Source: Daphnia carinata (taxonomy: Eukaryota). From it: a stretch of DNA of 64,000 bases. Below are positions 16,408 to 29,794 of the stretch, one piece after another. The notes under the pieces are model-generated. The model was not told where the DNA came from and did no database searches. It saw only the letters and a list, made by a program, of their open reading frames with translations. The translations under genes were made by a program, and so were the position numbers. Location of the stretch: contig NC_081331.1 in NCBI RefSeq assembly GCF_022539665.2, positions 5,456,001 through 5,520,000 on the forward strand, written 5' to 3'. Within the stretch, counting starts at the first letter, position 1; the number at the start of each line of letters is the position of its first letter.

Positions 16408-17284
16408 ATACGAACGAGGCTGCATCCTCCCTGTAGCACTTATGTTTCTGTGGACAACATTTTTTTGAAGCGTGAAATTCTCTGCTTGTTAATATGAATA
16501 CAAACAATAATGATAGTTGCTTCATCTTCGTTGCTGGTCGATAAAGAATCAATCACCGTCACGTAGGAAAGTTTTCTTAGGTGATCGTTCAAAGCTATTC
16601 AATTATTTTCCTCGGAAACGGCGCGTATAATTGCTCCTTTAAATGATGTTGGGCTGAGAAACCAAGAAAATGTATTTCCATATTTTCGTTTTGTATGTTC
16701 GTTATGTTTGTTTGTCAATATTTTGGCTATTGATAACGGAAAAAATGGGACCGCGATAACCGCCTGATGAACGAACGTGAGTTTAGGGGCACCTCACAAA
16801 TCGAGGTCTTTTTAAACTTCACTTGAGATTGATACGATGGTGCATTTTATCACCGTATCATCCAGATAGTTTAAGCCCGTAAGCTACCACTCCGAATGAT
16901 AGACGTATCTTATACTGTATATTTTTTTAAAAATAGGTGAACAGATGTATAGCTTGCCCAACCCTCTTGAAACGCAAACATAACAAACTCACGAAATGCA
17001 AAAACTACCACAGGGGAACCGCCATCTGTCGCCTTACTGATCACAATTTCTGATCGCATTCGCCATGGTGTCTTTACTTCTTTTCATAACGAAAAACGTT
17101 CCCCTTCAACAAAACGCAACAGCCTCGTTTATTCAAATAAGCTGTAGGAACAAAGTACGCTTGAACTAAACGTAAAGATATCATTGCTGATAAAACGCCT
17201 GGTTACGTGCACATATAAAAATATGATGAAAACGCAGCACGAAAAACAAGCCGGCGACAGTGTATACAGCTGATTTCAGCCAAG

Positions 17285-18847
17285 ATGAAGTACATCGTTC
17301 TAGTCACGCTATTTGCCTATGGATGGGGTAGGGTCATTATGCATTACAAGTAACAGGATTCCTAAGAATTCTTTATTAATAAAAAAAAAAACGTTAATCA
17401 CATGAAACCTACTTCTCCGACAGCTACAGTATATGATGCACTAACAAATATGTTCTTGTGACCTTATATCGTTACAGCTGCTGCACAAGGCAGAATTCTG
17501 CCTCGAATTCCAATGAAAGACATTATGGGCGGTTACAAGATCACATCGTCCGACAAAATCATCGGTGGAACTGAAGTTGTCCCCAATTCGTTGCCTTTCC
17601 AAGTCTCGATACAAAGAGGAAGCGCTGGTGTTTATACGCAATCATGTGGTGGATCCATTTTAAACGAAACCACCATTTTAACCGCCGCTCACTGCGTCGA
17701 TGGGTAAGTTTGGTCAAATAGGCAAAACAACAAAGTCATTTTTTTAAAGAATATAAATGGGCACATAATGCTCACTGTAGTTGATGCGAATCGAAACTCA
17801 CAGGGTCGCTAAACATTTCGTTTAAATATCCCCAGAGCCGTGGTGAGAGCTCTTCGCATTGTCGCTGGTGAGCACAGTTTGAGCGAAGAAAGCGGCCTCG
17901 AACAAAACAGGGACGTTCTAGTCTATTTAATGCATCCTCGCTACATTGCATCCACATGGGAAGATGATATTGCCCTTATTTTGGTAATACTAACATAGAT
18001 TTGGACATTTTCCTTTCTCTTCCATTCCGTTGAACCAAATCACCAATGATGGAATTCTTCATGCTCTTCGCTATTCTGACTAGTGCAGTAACCAACAAGG
18101 AGATTTTATGAATATAATTGATTGTGTCTTTTAATTGAAAGTTAACCGAGCCGTTGGATCTGAGCGTTCCGTCTGCCAAGCCGATTAACCTACCACCTCC
18201 TACGGCTGAATATGATCCTCCCGCTGGAACCATTTTCACCGTCTCAGGATGGGGAACTACCAGAGTAAGCTGTTTTGTATTTGAGCCATTGTAAACTGTA
18301 TTATTGCACCCATTTACATGTACGTCCATCAACGAATGATTTTCACAAATGATATAGTACGGAGCTCTTTTCGTCTCCGACGTTCTTCTGAGTGTTGACG
18401 TCCCTGTTGTTGCTGACGTCGATTGTGATGCTTATTACGGAGGTACACCTGCGGAGCCCCAAGTTTATCCTTCCATGCTTTGCGCTGGAAATACAACTAA
18501 TGGTAATGTTATGATTGTGTTGCTAAGGCTGGCATACAATCAGACTTTAATGAAACTATGTTCATTGAATTACATTTATTGTTTTGAACTGGGCGCCATA
18601 GGTGGCATGGATGCATGTCAAGGTGATTCCGGAGGCCCACTCTTTACCGGAACTGGCGAAACAGCCGCCCAGCACGGCATTGTCTCGTGGGGACGTAGTT
18701 GCGCTGAACCCCAATGGCCAGGTAGTTATTTGTCATTGCTTATTAGAATGCATGTCATCGATAGTTTTCCTTCCCGTTTCTCTTTTTGCAGGTGTTTACA
18801 CCCAGGTGTCATACTTCATCGAATGGATCGCACTCGTCATGCAATAA
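17285..18847 (+). CDS. Trypsin T2
   Basis: [43 protein letters not shown], final exon [17 protein letters not shown]. Confidence 0.9.
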
Positions 18848-19469
18848 TTTGTTGCAATTCGTGTTACCTTTTCTCTGTTGCGTACCTAAACTTGTATTGG
18901 TGTTACATAATCACGTTATAATTCCATGTGGGTGGCAATAGAAGCATATGTATAAGTGAAATTATATAACACTAAAATTTCGAAGTAGCAACGTTTAGAC
19001 TTGAAAAAAACTGTAGGGATTTAGAATCAAGATTACGCTTACGTGTCTGTCATAGAGTATTAACAAATCGACCTTTGAATTAGATTCTAACTGGTAGCTC
19101 TCGAAATGGATAATATCGCTTTTTGTTTAGAAAAACAAAAAAATCGACCTCTGATTTCGATAGCTTACCCAACCATGTTGGGTAAGCTCCCTAACTTACG
19201 CAAGCAAAATTGCGCTTGAAATGTATGATGAGTGAAACGAGAGATGATATGCGCAAAGCGTCGCCTCGCTCATGGTTTAATATTTTCGAGTGTAGAAGAC
19301 TACCAGTTGTTACACAATAGCCTTTCAATTGACGAGAGCCAATCATGTCAAATCGCCCTCATACTCACCTTTTTGTCTATGATAACAAACTTCAATCTGT
19401 TTGGAAGAGTGCAGATGCTGAAACCAGGGACTTTGTAACAACACTTGTCAGTAACTGCAACTAGTTAAG

Positions 19470-20835
19470 ATGAAGTTAGTCCTTTTCGCTACCCTTCTAG
19501 CCTGCTCTTACGGTAAGTCCCTCACTTCTTACTACTTACTTTTACAAGTTTCAAAATGTCTCTTTTCTGAAGAAAATTATTGATTCTGTTTTGCTGTCGT
19601 GATTACAGCCGCTCCTCAGCGGATGCCACGGCTGCCGCTGGATGTAATCTTAAAAGGTCGGATGCAAAGACCATTCTCTTTTGGTAGGATTCTCGGTGGA
19701 ACTGAAGTGGCCCCCAACTCGTTGCCCTTTCAAGTTTCATTGCAGCGACGAGGTGTCAACGGTATTTACTCACAAGTGGGCGGTGGATCTATCCTAGATG
19801 AAACCACAATTCTGAACGCTGCTCATGGGGTTGTCGGGTAATCGGCAGTTGAAAACAAAGAAGATAATGCGATTTGATTATTGGATTACTCTTATGCAGA
19901 ATCATGAGCTTTGCCGATTTCCGTATTGTTGCCGGTGAGCACAGTCTGTCCGTCGATAGCGGCCTCGAACAGATTCGCCAAGTGTCGGCCATTCTACCAC
20001 ACCCTGGGTTTGATGATATCACTTATGAAGATGACATATCCCTTATTTTCGTAGGTTTAATTATCTTAATACTTTTACGCTTAATGTCTTTCGCAACTGC
20101 TAGGGCTGTCTTTAGTGATCTGTAGTTAAATACCAATGGGTGTGTTCGATAATATTTTCAGCTGGCCGAGCCTCTGGACCTCACTGTTGCCTCTGCCAAG
20201 CCAGTCACCTTACCACCCCCAACTTCTGAATTAGACCCTCCTGCTGGTTTAATGGTTACCGTTTCTGGGTGGGGAACTACGACAGTACGAGTTCGCATTA
20301 TATAACATTTCATCACATTCAGAATAAATTCAGACTTGGTTTCTAAAGGCTGATGGAAGTATTTCGGACGTCCTTCGCAGCGTTGATGTTCCAGTCATTC
20401 CCGACACTGATTGCGATCTTGCTTACGGTGGAAATGAAAATTACATCGCTGTCTTTCCTTCCATGATGTGCGCCGGTGAAACAGTCAATAGTAATATCTG
20501 TAGCAACACGAAATAGATAACTCATCCGCAAGTGTTTCATCCCCATTTCTTTTTACATCTCGCTATAGGTCGTATTAACTATTGCCCAGGTGATTCTGGA
20601 GGACCACTTTTCACTGGAACCGGTGCTGATGCTGTTCAACACGGAATCATTTCATGGGGACAGGCTTGCACTTACTCCCAATTCCCAGGTAAAATGTTTA
20701 TAATCACCGAAACTGAACGTGTTTCTTTTGGAATATAACTTTCATAACATCTGATATGGTTGTAATTCGCTTTTTCCAGGTGTTTACACTCAAGTCTCTT
20801 ACTACCTCGACTGGATTGCCGCTAACAGACGCTAA
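19470..20835 (+). CDS. Divergent trypsin-like protease T3 (C42G, C58G, D189N)
   Basis: [72 protein letters not shown]. Splice sites and frame are intact. Confidence 0.88.
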
Positions 20836-21911
20836 ACCTGTTGTGTATTCCATACATTTTGCCTGAATACAAAAGTCTGCTAATTCTGAATTACTCATTT
20901 AAAACAAAAATGTATGATGCTTTTTTATTAACTGGCTTATGAGGAAATGAGTGACGGACCTATAGTTGTAACGTTATGTTGGTCGAATGTCCGTGGGAAC
21001 AAACAATGGTACAAAATTAGGATTGTATGTCAGGCGTTAAACTGAAACAAATCGTCCTTTGAACGATACGTTAAACTCGGTGACCGTATGTGATTTTTCA
21101 TGAGTTTTTTTTTTGTATTCAGTTGTTTACCAAGTGACTGATGACGGATGGGGACTCGTGGCGGATCCAATGCTCTGTCCAAAGGTCTGCTCAAGACCTG
21201 TCGAAAACAAATCATCTCCTGATAGGTTATCACTACCTTGTTAGAGCAATAGGTATCATAACATGTCGTTAGAAGACGGATGTGTATAAAAAGATAATGA
21301 GATAAACAACAACAAACATTGAAAAGTGTACCAATACACACAGCTCTTTTCCATTGTACAGAAAACGAATAATTTTTTTAGGTGAGCATACTTTTAGAAA
21401 TGTTTATATAAAAATGCCTGCATAAAACCATGGGTTTTTTTTTACAAACCGTCTAGATAATTCTGAAACTCTTTCTACAAAAACATTGCACCCAACAAAT
21501 GCTGGTAGTAGCGTTATATTGGCAATGGCATGTATAAGTAACTTGAATGCTATATCGAATGTTTATATAGAATACAGCAATTAATTTCTATCCAATATTG
21601 GATTGATGTTATAGACCTGCACGACAACATTCCAAACCATAGGGCTGAGTAGAGGCATGAACTCAGTGTATCAGTTAATAAAAACTTAAGTTAATATCAA
21701 AGACAAACAATGAATCGATCTGTAAACTAAAAAATGGGATGGTTTAAAAATGGATCTATTTGTAAATAAGGCATTGGAGATAGAACAAATCATATGAAGA
21801 CGCAAACCCACTGTCCGTCGTGTCCCCGATAACAATCGAAATTACCGAGGGGTATAAATATGGAAACACGCTTCGGAGACCAGCACTCGTCCATTGCTCC
21901 TGCCAGCCAAG

Positions 21912-23473
21912 ATGAAGTTCATTATTCTAGCCACTCTCCTCGCCTGCGCCTGGGGTAAGTTGAAACAAAAACCTATTCCTTGGAAATCATTAAATTCATT
22001 TCTCTCCCTTTGTATTCACAAACCAATGTATTGATCTATATTTAAATGCAGCTGCTCCCCAGCGCATGGTTATGCCCCGTCTACCGGCTTCGGTCATCAT
22101 GAAGGGCAAATACCAGCTGATCCCGGAGAACAAGATCGTCGGTGGAGCTGAAGTCGTCCCCAACTCACTTCCCTTCCAGATTTCCCTCCAGCGTAGAAGC
22201 CTTTCCGGTTCCTACTCGCAGTCGTGCGGTGGATCCATCCTTGACGAGCTTACCATCCTTGATGCAGCTCACTGCATTGATGGGTAGGCAATGAAACTAG
22301 ACCTCATGTTTATCTTCCTGGTACTTGCCGACAGGTTTTAGCAGGGATTTTAGCTTTACCTGTTTTACACTAAATCATCGATGATGCTGTTTGGGTTTTA
22401 TGTGGAGGCTAATGAACTTGTGTAACATTGCAGAGCCAACATCGCCAACTTGCGTATCGTCGCCGGTGAACACAGCCTGTCCGTTGAAAGCGGTCTTGAG
22501 CAGAACCGACTCATTTCTCGCACTGCCACTCACCCCCGCTACAACAGCGCTACATACGAGGATGACATCTCCCTGATTTTCGTAAACGCTTCTTTCTATT
22601 TAATTTATTCGTACAAAGATTGACGATTAACGAGTGTATGTTTTCTTTAATGCTGACTAACGAAAGTAATTGTTCTAAACTGTTTTACAGTTGGATGCTC
22701 CATTGGACTTGAGCGTTCCATCTGCCAAGCCCATTGCTCTGCCACCACCTACCAGCGAATTGGATCCTCCTGCTGGACTCATCATCACCGTTTCCGGATG
22801 GGGAACCACTAGCGTGAGTACATGAATCACGATGCTTGTGTAGTTCATTATCAATATTTATTTTGGCCAATTTCTTTTCTTATTCCATGTCATCTACCGT
22901 AGTCCGGTGGAAGCATTTCTGACGTCCTTCGCAGTGTTGATATTCCCGTTGTCTCTGACGCTGATTGCGACGTTGCTTATGGAGGTAAAGATATTTATTT
23001 TTTAGGTTTTTTTTTTTATTTTCCCCTGTGAATTCATAATTTTTTTTTAAAATTTAGGCACTGCTTCCTCTCCCTCTGTCTTCCCATCCATGATGTGCGC
23101 TGGTGACACCACCAACGGTAATACCAACTTCCTGTCAAGTTGATAGGCTACGTAGTTACAGCAACTTGAAGGGGGAGGAATTACAAAACCTTTCTTTATC
23201 GATGCCAATAGGTGGAATCGATTCTTGCCAAGGTGATTCCGGCGGTCCCCTCTTCACTGGCACCGGTGAGGCAGCAGTTCAACACGGTATCGTCTCCTGG
23301 GGTCAGGGATGCGCTTTTGCCCGATTCCCAGGTAAAAACTCATTTCGATTTTTCTTCTGCAACTATCCTTTTCCTTTGGGTTACTCTTAACTTAATTGCT
23401 TTCTTAAATTCGCGTAGGTGTTTACACCCAGGTTTCTTATTTCCTTGACTGGATCGCCGCTGCCCGAGGTTAA
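21912..23473 (+). CDS. Trypsin T4
   Basis: [36 protein letters not shown]. Confidence 0.93.
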
Positions 23474-24702
23474 AGAAAACGACTCTATGTTTAAAAAACT
23501 TAACATCAAAACACCGTCGTCTCTCCATAATTCTAGTTTTGAATGACTGTTTTTCTTGTTTCTTGCGAAGAAAGTATTCGTTGGAACGTTGCCTTGGTCG
23601 GACGAAATAAACATGCAAAAACCACGTACGGACATCTGTCTAAGTATGTCAACAACCGTTTGGCATATGGCATTACTCATGAAAATAACAGGTTGCTTAA
23701 GCTTGGTACAACATCGTGAACGCAAGTGATAAGGACTGATGCATCAAACTACATGTTTTAAACGAAGTGAATTCTAAAAAAAAAAACTTAAAGCCCACGG
23801 TTTACATCCATTAGCTCTTAACGCTTAAGGAAGCCTTCAATCGTGCTAAAAAATTAGTTTTTAGTTTAACAAATTCTTTAAAGAATATTGTGCATATTAC
23901 TTAAGAGTCTTCTAGAAAAAGCTACAACAGCTTCAGCATTCTATTTCAATCCATAAGCTCTTATCATTAGTGGGGACATGAAAACATCCCACTGGCTTTC
24001 GTGCGCAATTTTCAATACATTGGCATCAGGATCTAAAAAAAAAACGACCACGTAATATCGAATATTTTCTGGCATATGCGCGATCGCAAAATCCGAATTA
24101 GTAACCGTAAAAGTATCAGAACATAAGGATCATTTGATAAGAAACTAAAAATCACCATACGTGGCAGCGTTTCACTCAACGAGAGATTAACCATGACAGT
24201 AAAAGACGTTTTGATTGACACGCTATATCGTATGGGATACTTGGTGAACCGATGAAGCAACCGTACAGAAGTGTGTAAACAAATCTAGGTCGAAATTGTC
24301 TTATCATCGTAAACGCATGATTATGCGTGACACATTGTATAAACCCAGAGAAAACCCAATTAAAGTTTAAGATGTTCAGTTGGTAATCATTCGGCATAAA
24401 AAATTTTTTAATGCTACACACAATGGCGAATAATCAAAGCTTTAATAGCGTATTCAGTGGACAACATAAAAAGCAGTGCAAAGGAAAATGCACGATAATG
24501 CCGCACCGAACAGAGTCGAAATAGATTTCAAATGACGCAAGGACGCCTCTGATATAAAGAGTGACAAATCAAAGTTTACCAGCAAGAAGGACACGTTAAC
24601 GTCACGAGATTCATGCGATAAGGAACAGGATGCCACAAAAAGTATAAATGCCAATGGTGGTCGAGGTGAATATTCGTCAGTCCGCAACTGTTACAATCCA
24701 AG

Positions 24703-26288
24703 ATGAAGTTCATCGTTCTTGCCGCCCTTTTCGCCTGCGCTATGGGTAAACTACCGATTGTATCAAATGTATCTATTAATGATTTCATAAAGAAAAAAAA
24801 ACAATATTCATGTGTCCAATATGACGTATGTTGGCATTTTTGAATCTCAATTAACGTTGGTCATTTTTCATATGTTATTACACAGCTATGCCACAGCGCA
24901 TGATTCTGCCCCGCTTGCCGGCTTCGGTCATCATGAAGGGAAAATACCAGCTGATCCCATCCAACAAGATTGTTGGAGGAACAGTTGTTGAGCCCAACTC
25001 TCTTCCCTTCCAGATTTCTCTGCAGCGTCGTGGTGCCACTGGTTCCTACTCCCAATCTTGCGGTGGATCCATCCTCGATGCCAGCGTTATGATCGATGCT
25101 GCCCACTGCGTCCGAGGGTGAGCTTCTAAATTATATCATCATCAAATTAGATTTAGCCATCAGTATTTCGATCTGTATCACGTAAAGCTTGCAAATTTTC
25201 TCTCATTTGATTGATGGAAATTTAAATGATTTTGGGTGTTCCCTTCACAGAGTTGATGCTACCATCTTCCGTGTCGTCGCCGGTGAACACAGCCTCCGTA
25301 CCGATAGCGGTCTTGAACAGAACCGTGATGTCGTCAGCTTCACCATGCACGAGAACTACAGGTAAAATTCACACTACTCGTTTTCATTCTTCTCATTAAC
25401 AATAAGTCGTTTTCTTCTTGTACAGACCATTGACCTTCGAAAACGACATCTCCCTGCTCTTCGTAAGCAAATTTTTAACAATTGAGCCAAGCCGTTCTGG
25501 AAATGAAATTCATTAAATATTCATATTTCTATTTATTATTTAGTTGGATGCTCCATTGGACTTGAGCGTTCCCTCTGCCCAGCCCATTGCCCTGCCACCC
25601 CCAACATCCGAGTTGGACCCACCTGCGGGAACCATCGTCACCGTTTCCGGATGGGGAACCACTAGCGTGAGTTCAATATCTCTTCACTGTCCAGTTGATG
25701 AGTATTTTGAAATTGATGTTTAATTATATGTTTTTTGGGTTTGACATAGTCCGGCGGTGTCATCTCCGACACACTCCGCAGCGTCGATGTCCCAGTCGTT
25801 GATGATGACACCTGCAACCGTGCCTATGGTGGAACTACTGCCAACCCAGAAGTCTACCCATCCATGTTGTGCGCTGGTGACATCAGCAACGGTAATATTT
25901 GAGAACATTATCTCATTTATCTGTTAAATTTTTATGTTTCTTTTTTTTTCAACTATTCTAAACTAATAAGTGTTTCATTTTTAGGTGGCATTGACTCTTG
26001 CCAGGGTGACTCTGGCGGCCCTCTCTTCACCGGCACTGGTGCTACTGCCGTCCAACACGGCATTGTCTCCTGGGGTCAGGGATGCGCTTTGGCTGGTTAC
26101 CCTGGTACGTACAACCATCTAGAATTATAATAAAATTAGCTAACCTTTTCCTTGTGCCTTTCTCTGGCGTGATCTGCGCAGTTTGATTGGCTAAATCGTT
26201 TTATTACATTGTCTTATTTCCATTTGCTACAGGTGTCTACACTCAGGTGTCCTTCTTCTTGGACTGGATCGCCGCCAACCGAGGTTAA
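24703..26288 (+). CDS. Trypsin T5
   Basis: [36 protein letters not shown]. Confidence 0.93.
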
Positions 26289-27168
26289 ACGTTATTAATG
26301 TACCGTGCACAAACTTTTCCTATTCCCATCCCCATAAAGCATTTGTAATGCGCCATCCTATGCCAATGTCATCTTTAATACTTTGTTCGCATCCGTACAC
26401 TGGCATCAAGTACTAAGCACAAATAAACTGCATAGGGACGCAAAGCTTTGTTGACTGTTTATTCTCCCTTTTTGATTTACTTAATCATGATAATTCAAAC
26501 TTTCTATATCGGAAGTATAAATGTACGATACGTGTTGAATAGATGGGAAGCGGTGAAGAAGAATGGAGTGAAAACTGTGTGAGTTATGGTACGGTTTTCT
26601 TTTGAAAATATATAGACAAAATTGTTTGGTTGCCGAAACACCGTATTTTCCATCTTCGAAAATGAAACCTCCTGTAGGCAATATCGTGGCTCCAGCAGGT
26701 TTCAGATAATAGCAATAATCATCGTTGCTTAAAAAAGCAATAATATTGGTCCAAGCTATAACGGCTAGTAAAACTTTCACAACTTATCAGATATAGATGA
26801 ACGATTACGACCGTAAGGTGCTTTCAAGTGCATGTGTACTGTGTCGCTATACATGGATATGGCTAAAAATACAAACAAGTGAACACAAAGTACGCTCATT
26901 ACCGTATCTGAATACCAAGGCAAATATGAAATGGTTTCAACAACGCAAAGCTTTTCTTAGCCGATTGCTTTGACCAATAGGAAAAATTAAAACACACATG
27001 TCAATCAAACTTGAACGTACCGTAAGTCGTTAACTGACAAATATAATAAAGTGCAATGATAAAAAGTCCAAGCTCGAGATAAGAAAAAGATGCACAACAA
27101 GTATAAATGCGAATCACGATGAGGATTCTTTATTCGTCAACCCTCTACGTTGTTTCCTCAAAACAAAG

Positions 27169-28670
27169 ATGAAGATCATCGTTCTTGCTGCTCTGCTCGC
27201 CTGCGCTCTGGGTAATAAACATTCTTTCATACACTTAAAACAGTTTGTCCAACACTTCATTTTGAGCGAGATCACAAATAATTTCTTGTCGTTGTAAATG
27301 GTTAGCTATGCCTCAGCGTATGGTACTACCTCGGCTGCCGACCTCCGTCATCTTGAACGGCAAGTACCAGCTGATCCCAGAGGGAAAAATTGTTGGAGGA
27401 GCTGTCGTGCCTCCCAATTCGCTTCCCTTCCAGATTTCCCTGCAACGTCGTAGTGCCTCTGGCTCCTATTCGCAATCTTGCGGTGGCTCCATCCTCGACG
27501 CCAACGTCATCATCGATGCTGCCCATTGTGTCAGGAAGTAAGTAGTTGTTAAAAAAACAGAAAAAACATTTTCAAAATGTTAAATGAGTTTGATCGCATT
27601 GTGTTTAGCACTAACGTTGACGTCATGCGAGTTGTTGCCGGTGAACACAGTTTGTCGCAAGTCAGCGGACTCGAGCAGAACAGGAACGTTGTTAGATACA
27701 CCATGCACGAGAATTACAACGCGTGAGTTTTGCATGTTATGTTCTTCTATTTTGCTAGTTGTCATCATTGTTGGTTAGTTTAGAAATTGAAAATACTAAT
27801 ACTAGCTGTTTTTCCCTGATAGCCAAACGTTCGAGAACGACATCGCCCTTATCTTCGTAAGACAATTTCTTATACTTTAACAGCAACGGGTTGCGATGGG
27901 CTTAATTTAATCAAAATGTTGTCTATTTATTTAGTTGGATGCTCCGTTGGACCTAAGCGTTCCGTCTGCCCAACCAGTCAACCTGCCACCCCCAACTTCC
28001 GAGTTGGATCCCCCCGCGGGAACCATCGTCACTGTATCCGGATGGGGAACTACTAGCGTAAGTTGCGTTTACATTTCGGTTTAGAGCTTCAATTAGCTTA
28101 AATTGTTCTCAATTGGGGGCTTGGAAATGTAGTCTGGCGGCAGCATTTCCGACAATCTCCGCAGCGTTGATGTTCCAGTCGTCGATGACGCTACTTGCGA
28201 TGCTGCCTACGGTGGCACTGCCCAGAGACCACAGATCCTTCCTTCCATGCTCTGCGCTGGTGACATATCCGACGGTAACAATTGTTCAATTCGCTCTAAC
28301 TATCAAACGCATTCGTTTTTATCATTGACTGCGTTTTTGTTTATGGTTGCCCAGTGGAAAGCCAATTAATTTTTCTTACTCTGACGATTTCGTTCTGTTG
28401 TGGTTTTGTTTTCTTTTAGGTGGCATTGACTCTTGCCAGGGTGACTCTGGCGGCCCTCTTTTCACCGCCAACGGTGATGGCACTTTCGTCCAGCACGGTA
28501 TTGTTTCCTGGGGACAGGGATGCGCCCTCGCCGCTTACCCTGGTAAGAATTCGAATGTCGTGAATGCATGTGTAAATGAAAACAATATTTTGACGCTATT
28601 TTTGTTTGCTACAGGTGTCTACACTCAGGTGTCTTATTTCTTGGACTGGATTGCTGCCAACAGGGTTTAA
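27169..28670 (+). CDS. Trypsin T6
   Basis: [36 protein letters not shown]. Confidence 0.93.
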
Positions 28671-29794
28671 GATAAGTAATACCCAAAAGAAATGTTACCA
28701 GCCTTTGCCATCTTGAAGTACTCACATTCGCAATGACTTCCTTTCATACGGTTTAACCATTTTTTTTTTCTTTTTCAAAATTTATTACGTTCAAAATATA
28801 TAATGTTAAACTAAAGACTTTTGCATTTGCGCTAAGCATTTTATTTCATTAGTTGAACCGAATTATGAACATAAGAATTAAACTGAGGCGTTATACATCG
28901 TGAAACGAGTTTATCTTCACGCTACGTCAGTATCAGCAGACGGGCTGCAATCTATGTTATCAACCAAAATAACAAAAGTCAATAAATAACATGGCTTTAT
29001 AAATCAGGAGTAAACTAACTCAAGGATGTTTAATCTAGACGTCGATAAAACATGGAACTTTTCACCTGTGTTTAGCTTTTTGAGGTGGATTACTTCCCAT
29101 AGGCTAGACGCCCCTTTTTTTATTCAAATGCATTAAAACCTCTTGCCTAAACGAATTTGAATCGCGTTTAGGCAAAGGCTCCATATTATCACCAACTGTC
29201 TTGAAACCTTTTTCAGGCAAAGTCACCCGACGTTTTTCTATAACGCCATGTGTTTAACTTTTCAGCACCCATTTTTATGCCCATATACGGAATTGTACAC
29301 AAATAGCAAACAACGGACACAACAAACAACGAGCACTGTTTGTACGAGATAGCGATTCAGTAATGTGTATCAACAAACAATAAAGCAGTGATAACATCCT
29401 GTAGCGCTGGCGAGCCACGATCAATCTTCTATGCTGCACGTCAAACAGATGTCCTCTACGTAGTTTTATAATTTCAGTTGTCAATTAACGGATGCGCAGT
29501 GTTGTTTATAGTAACAACAACAAAGAAAATGGACAACAACATCTACTCAAATGCTATACCGTATACGGCATAAATTATAAGATAGCCTTTGACAAAAGAT
29601 ACAATATATAATCGGTCTGTGGGATTAGGGTTAACCAAACAACCAATGAAATATGATATTTATTTACGTTGTATACTCAACGTTTTTCTTTCCCCCGATA
29701 AGAAAATCGAGACTGAAGATAAACGGAACTAGACTCTTAGAAGATAGATCGTTATTGTGTTGGCTTCATCCTCTCAAGAAACACACTACCGAAA

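Noticed and set aside
17423..17478. Possible extra micro-exon or upstream acceptor in T2 intron 1
   Set aside because: Using it gives a stop or frameshift; the downstream acceptor restores the normal propeptide.
21120..21245. Exon-like stretch containing GWG (VVYQVTDDGWGLVADPMLC)
   Set aside because: Similarity to trypsin is limited to GWG; not enough to call a relic.
29143..29175. 11-bp hairpin ttgcctaaacg-N11-cgtttaggcaa
   Set aside because: Single occurrence with no associated element ends; may be chance.
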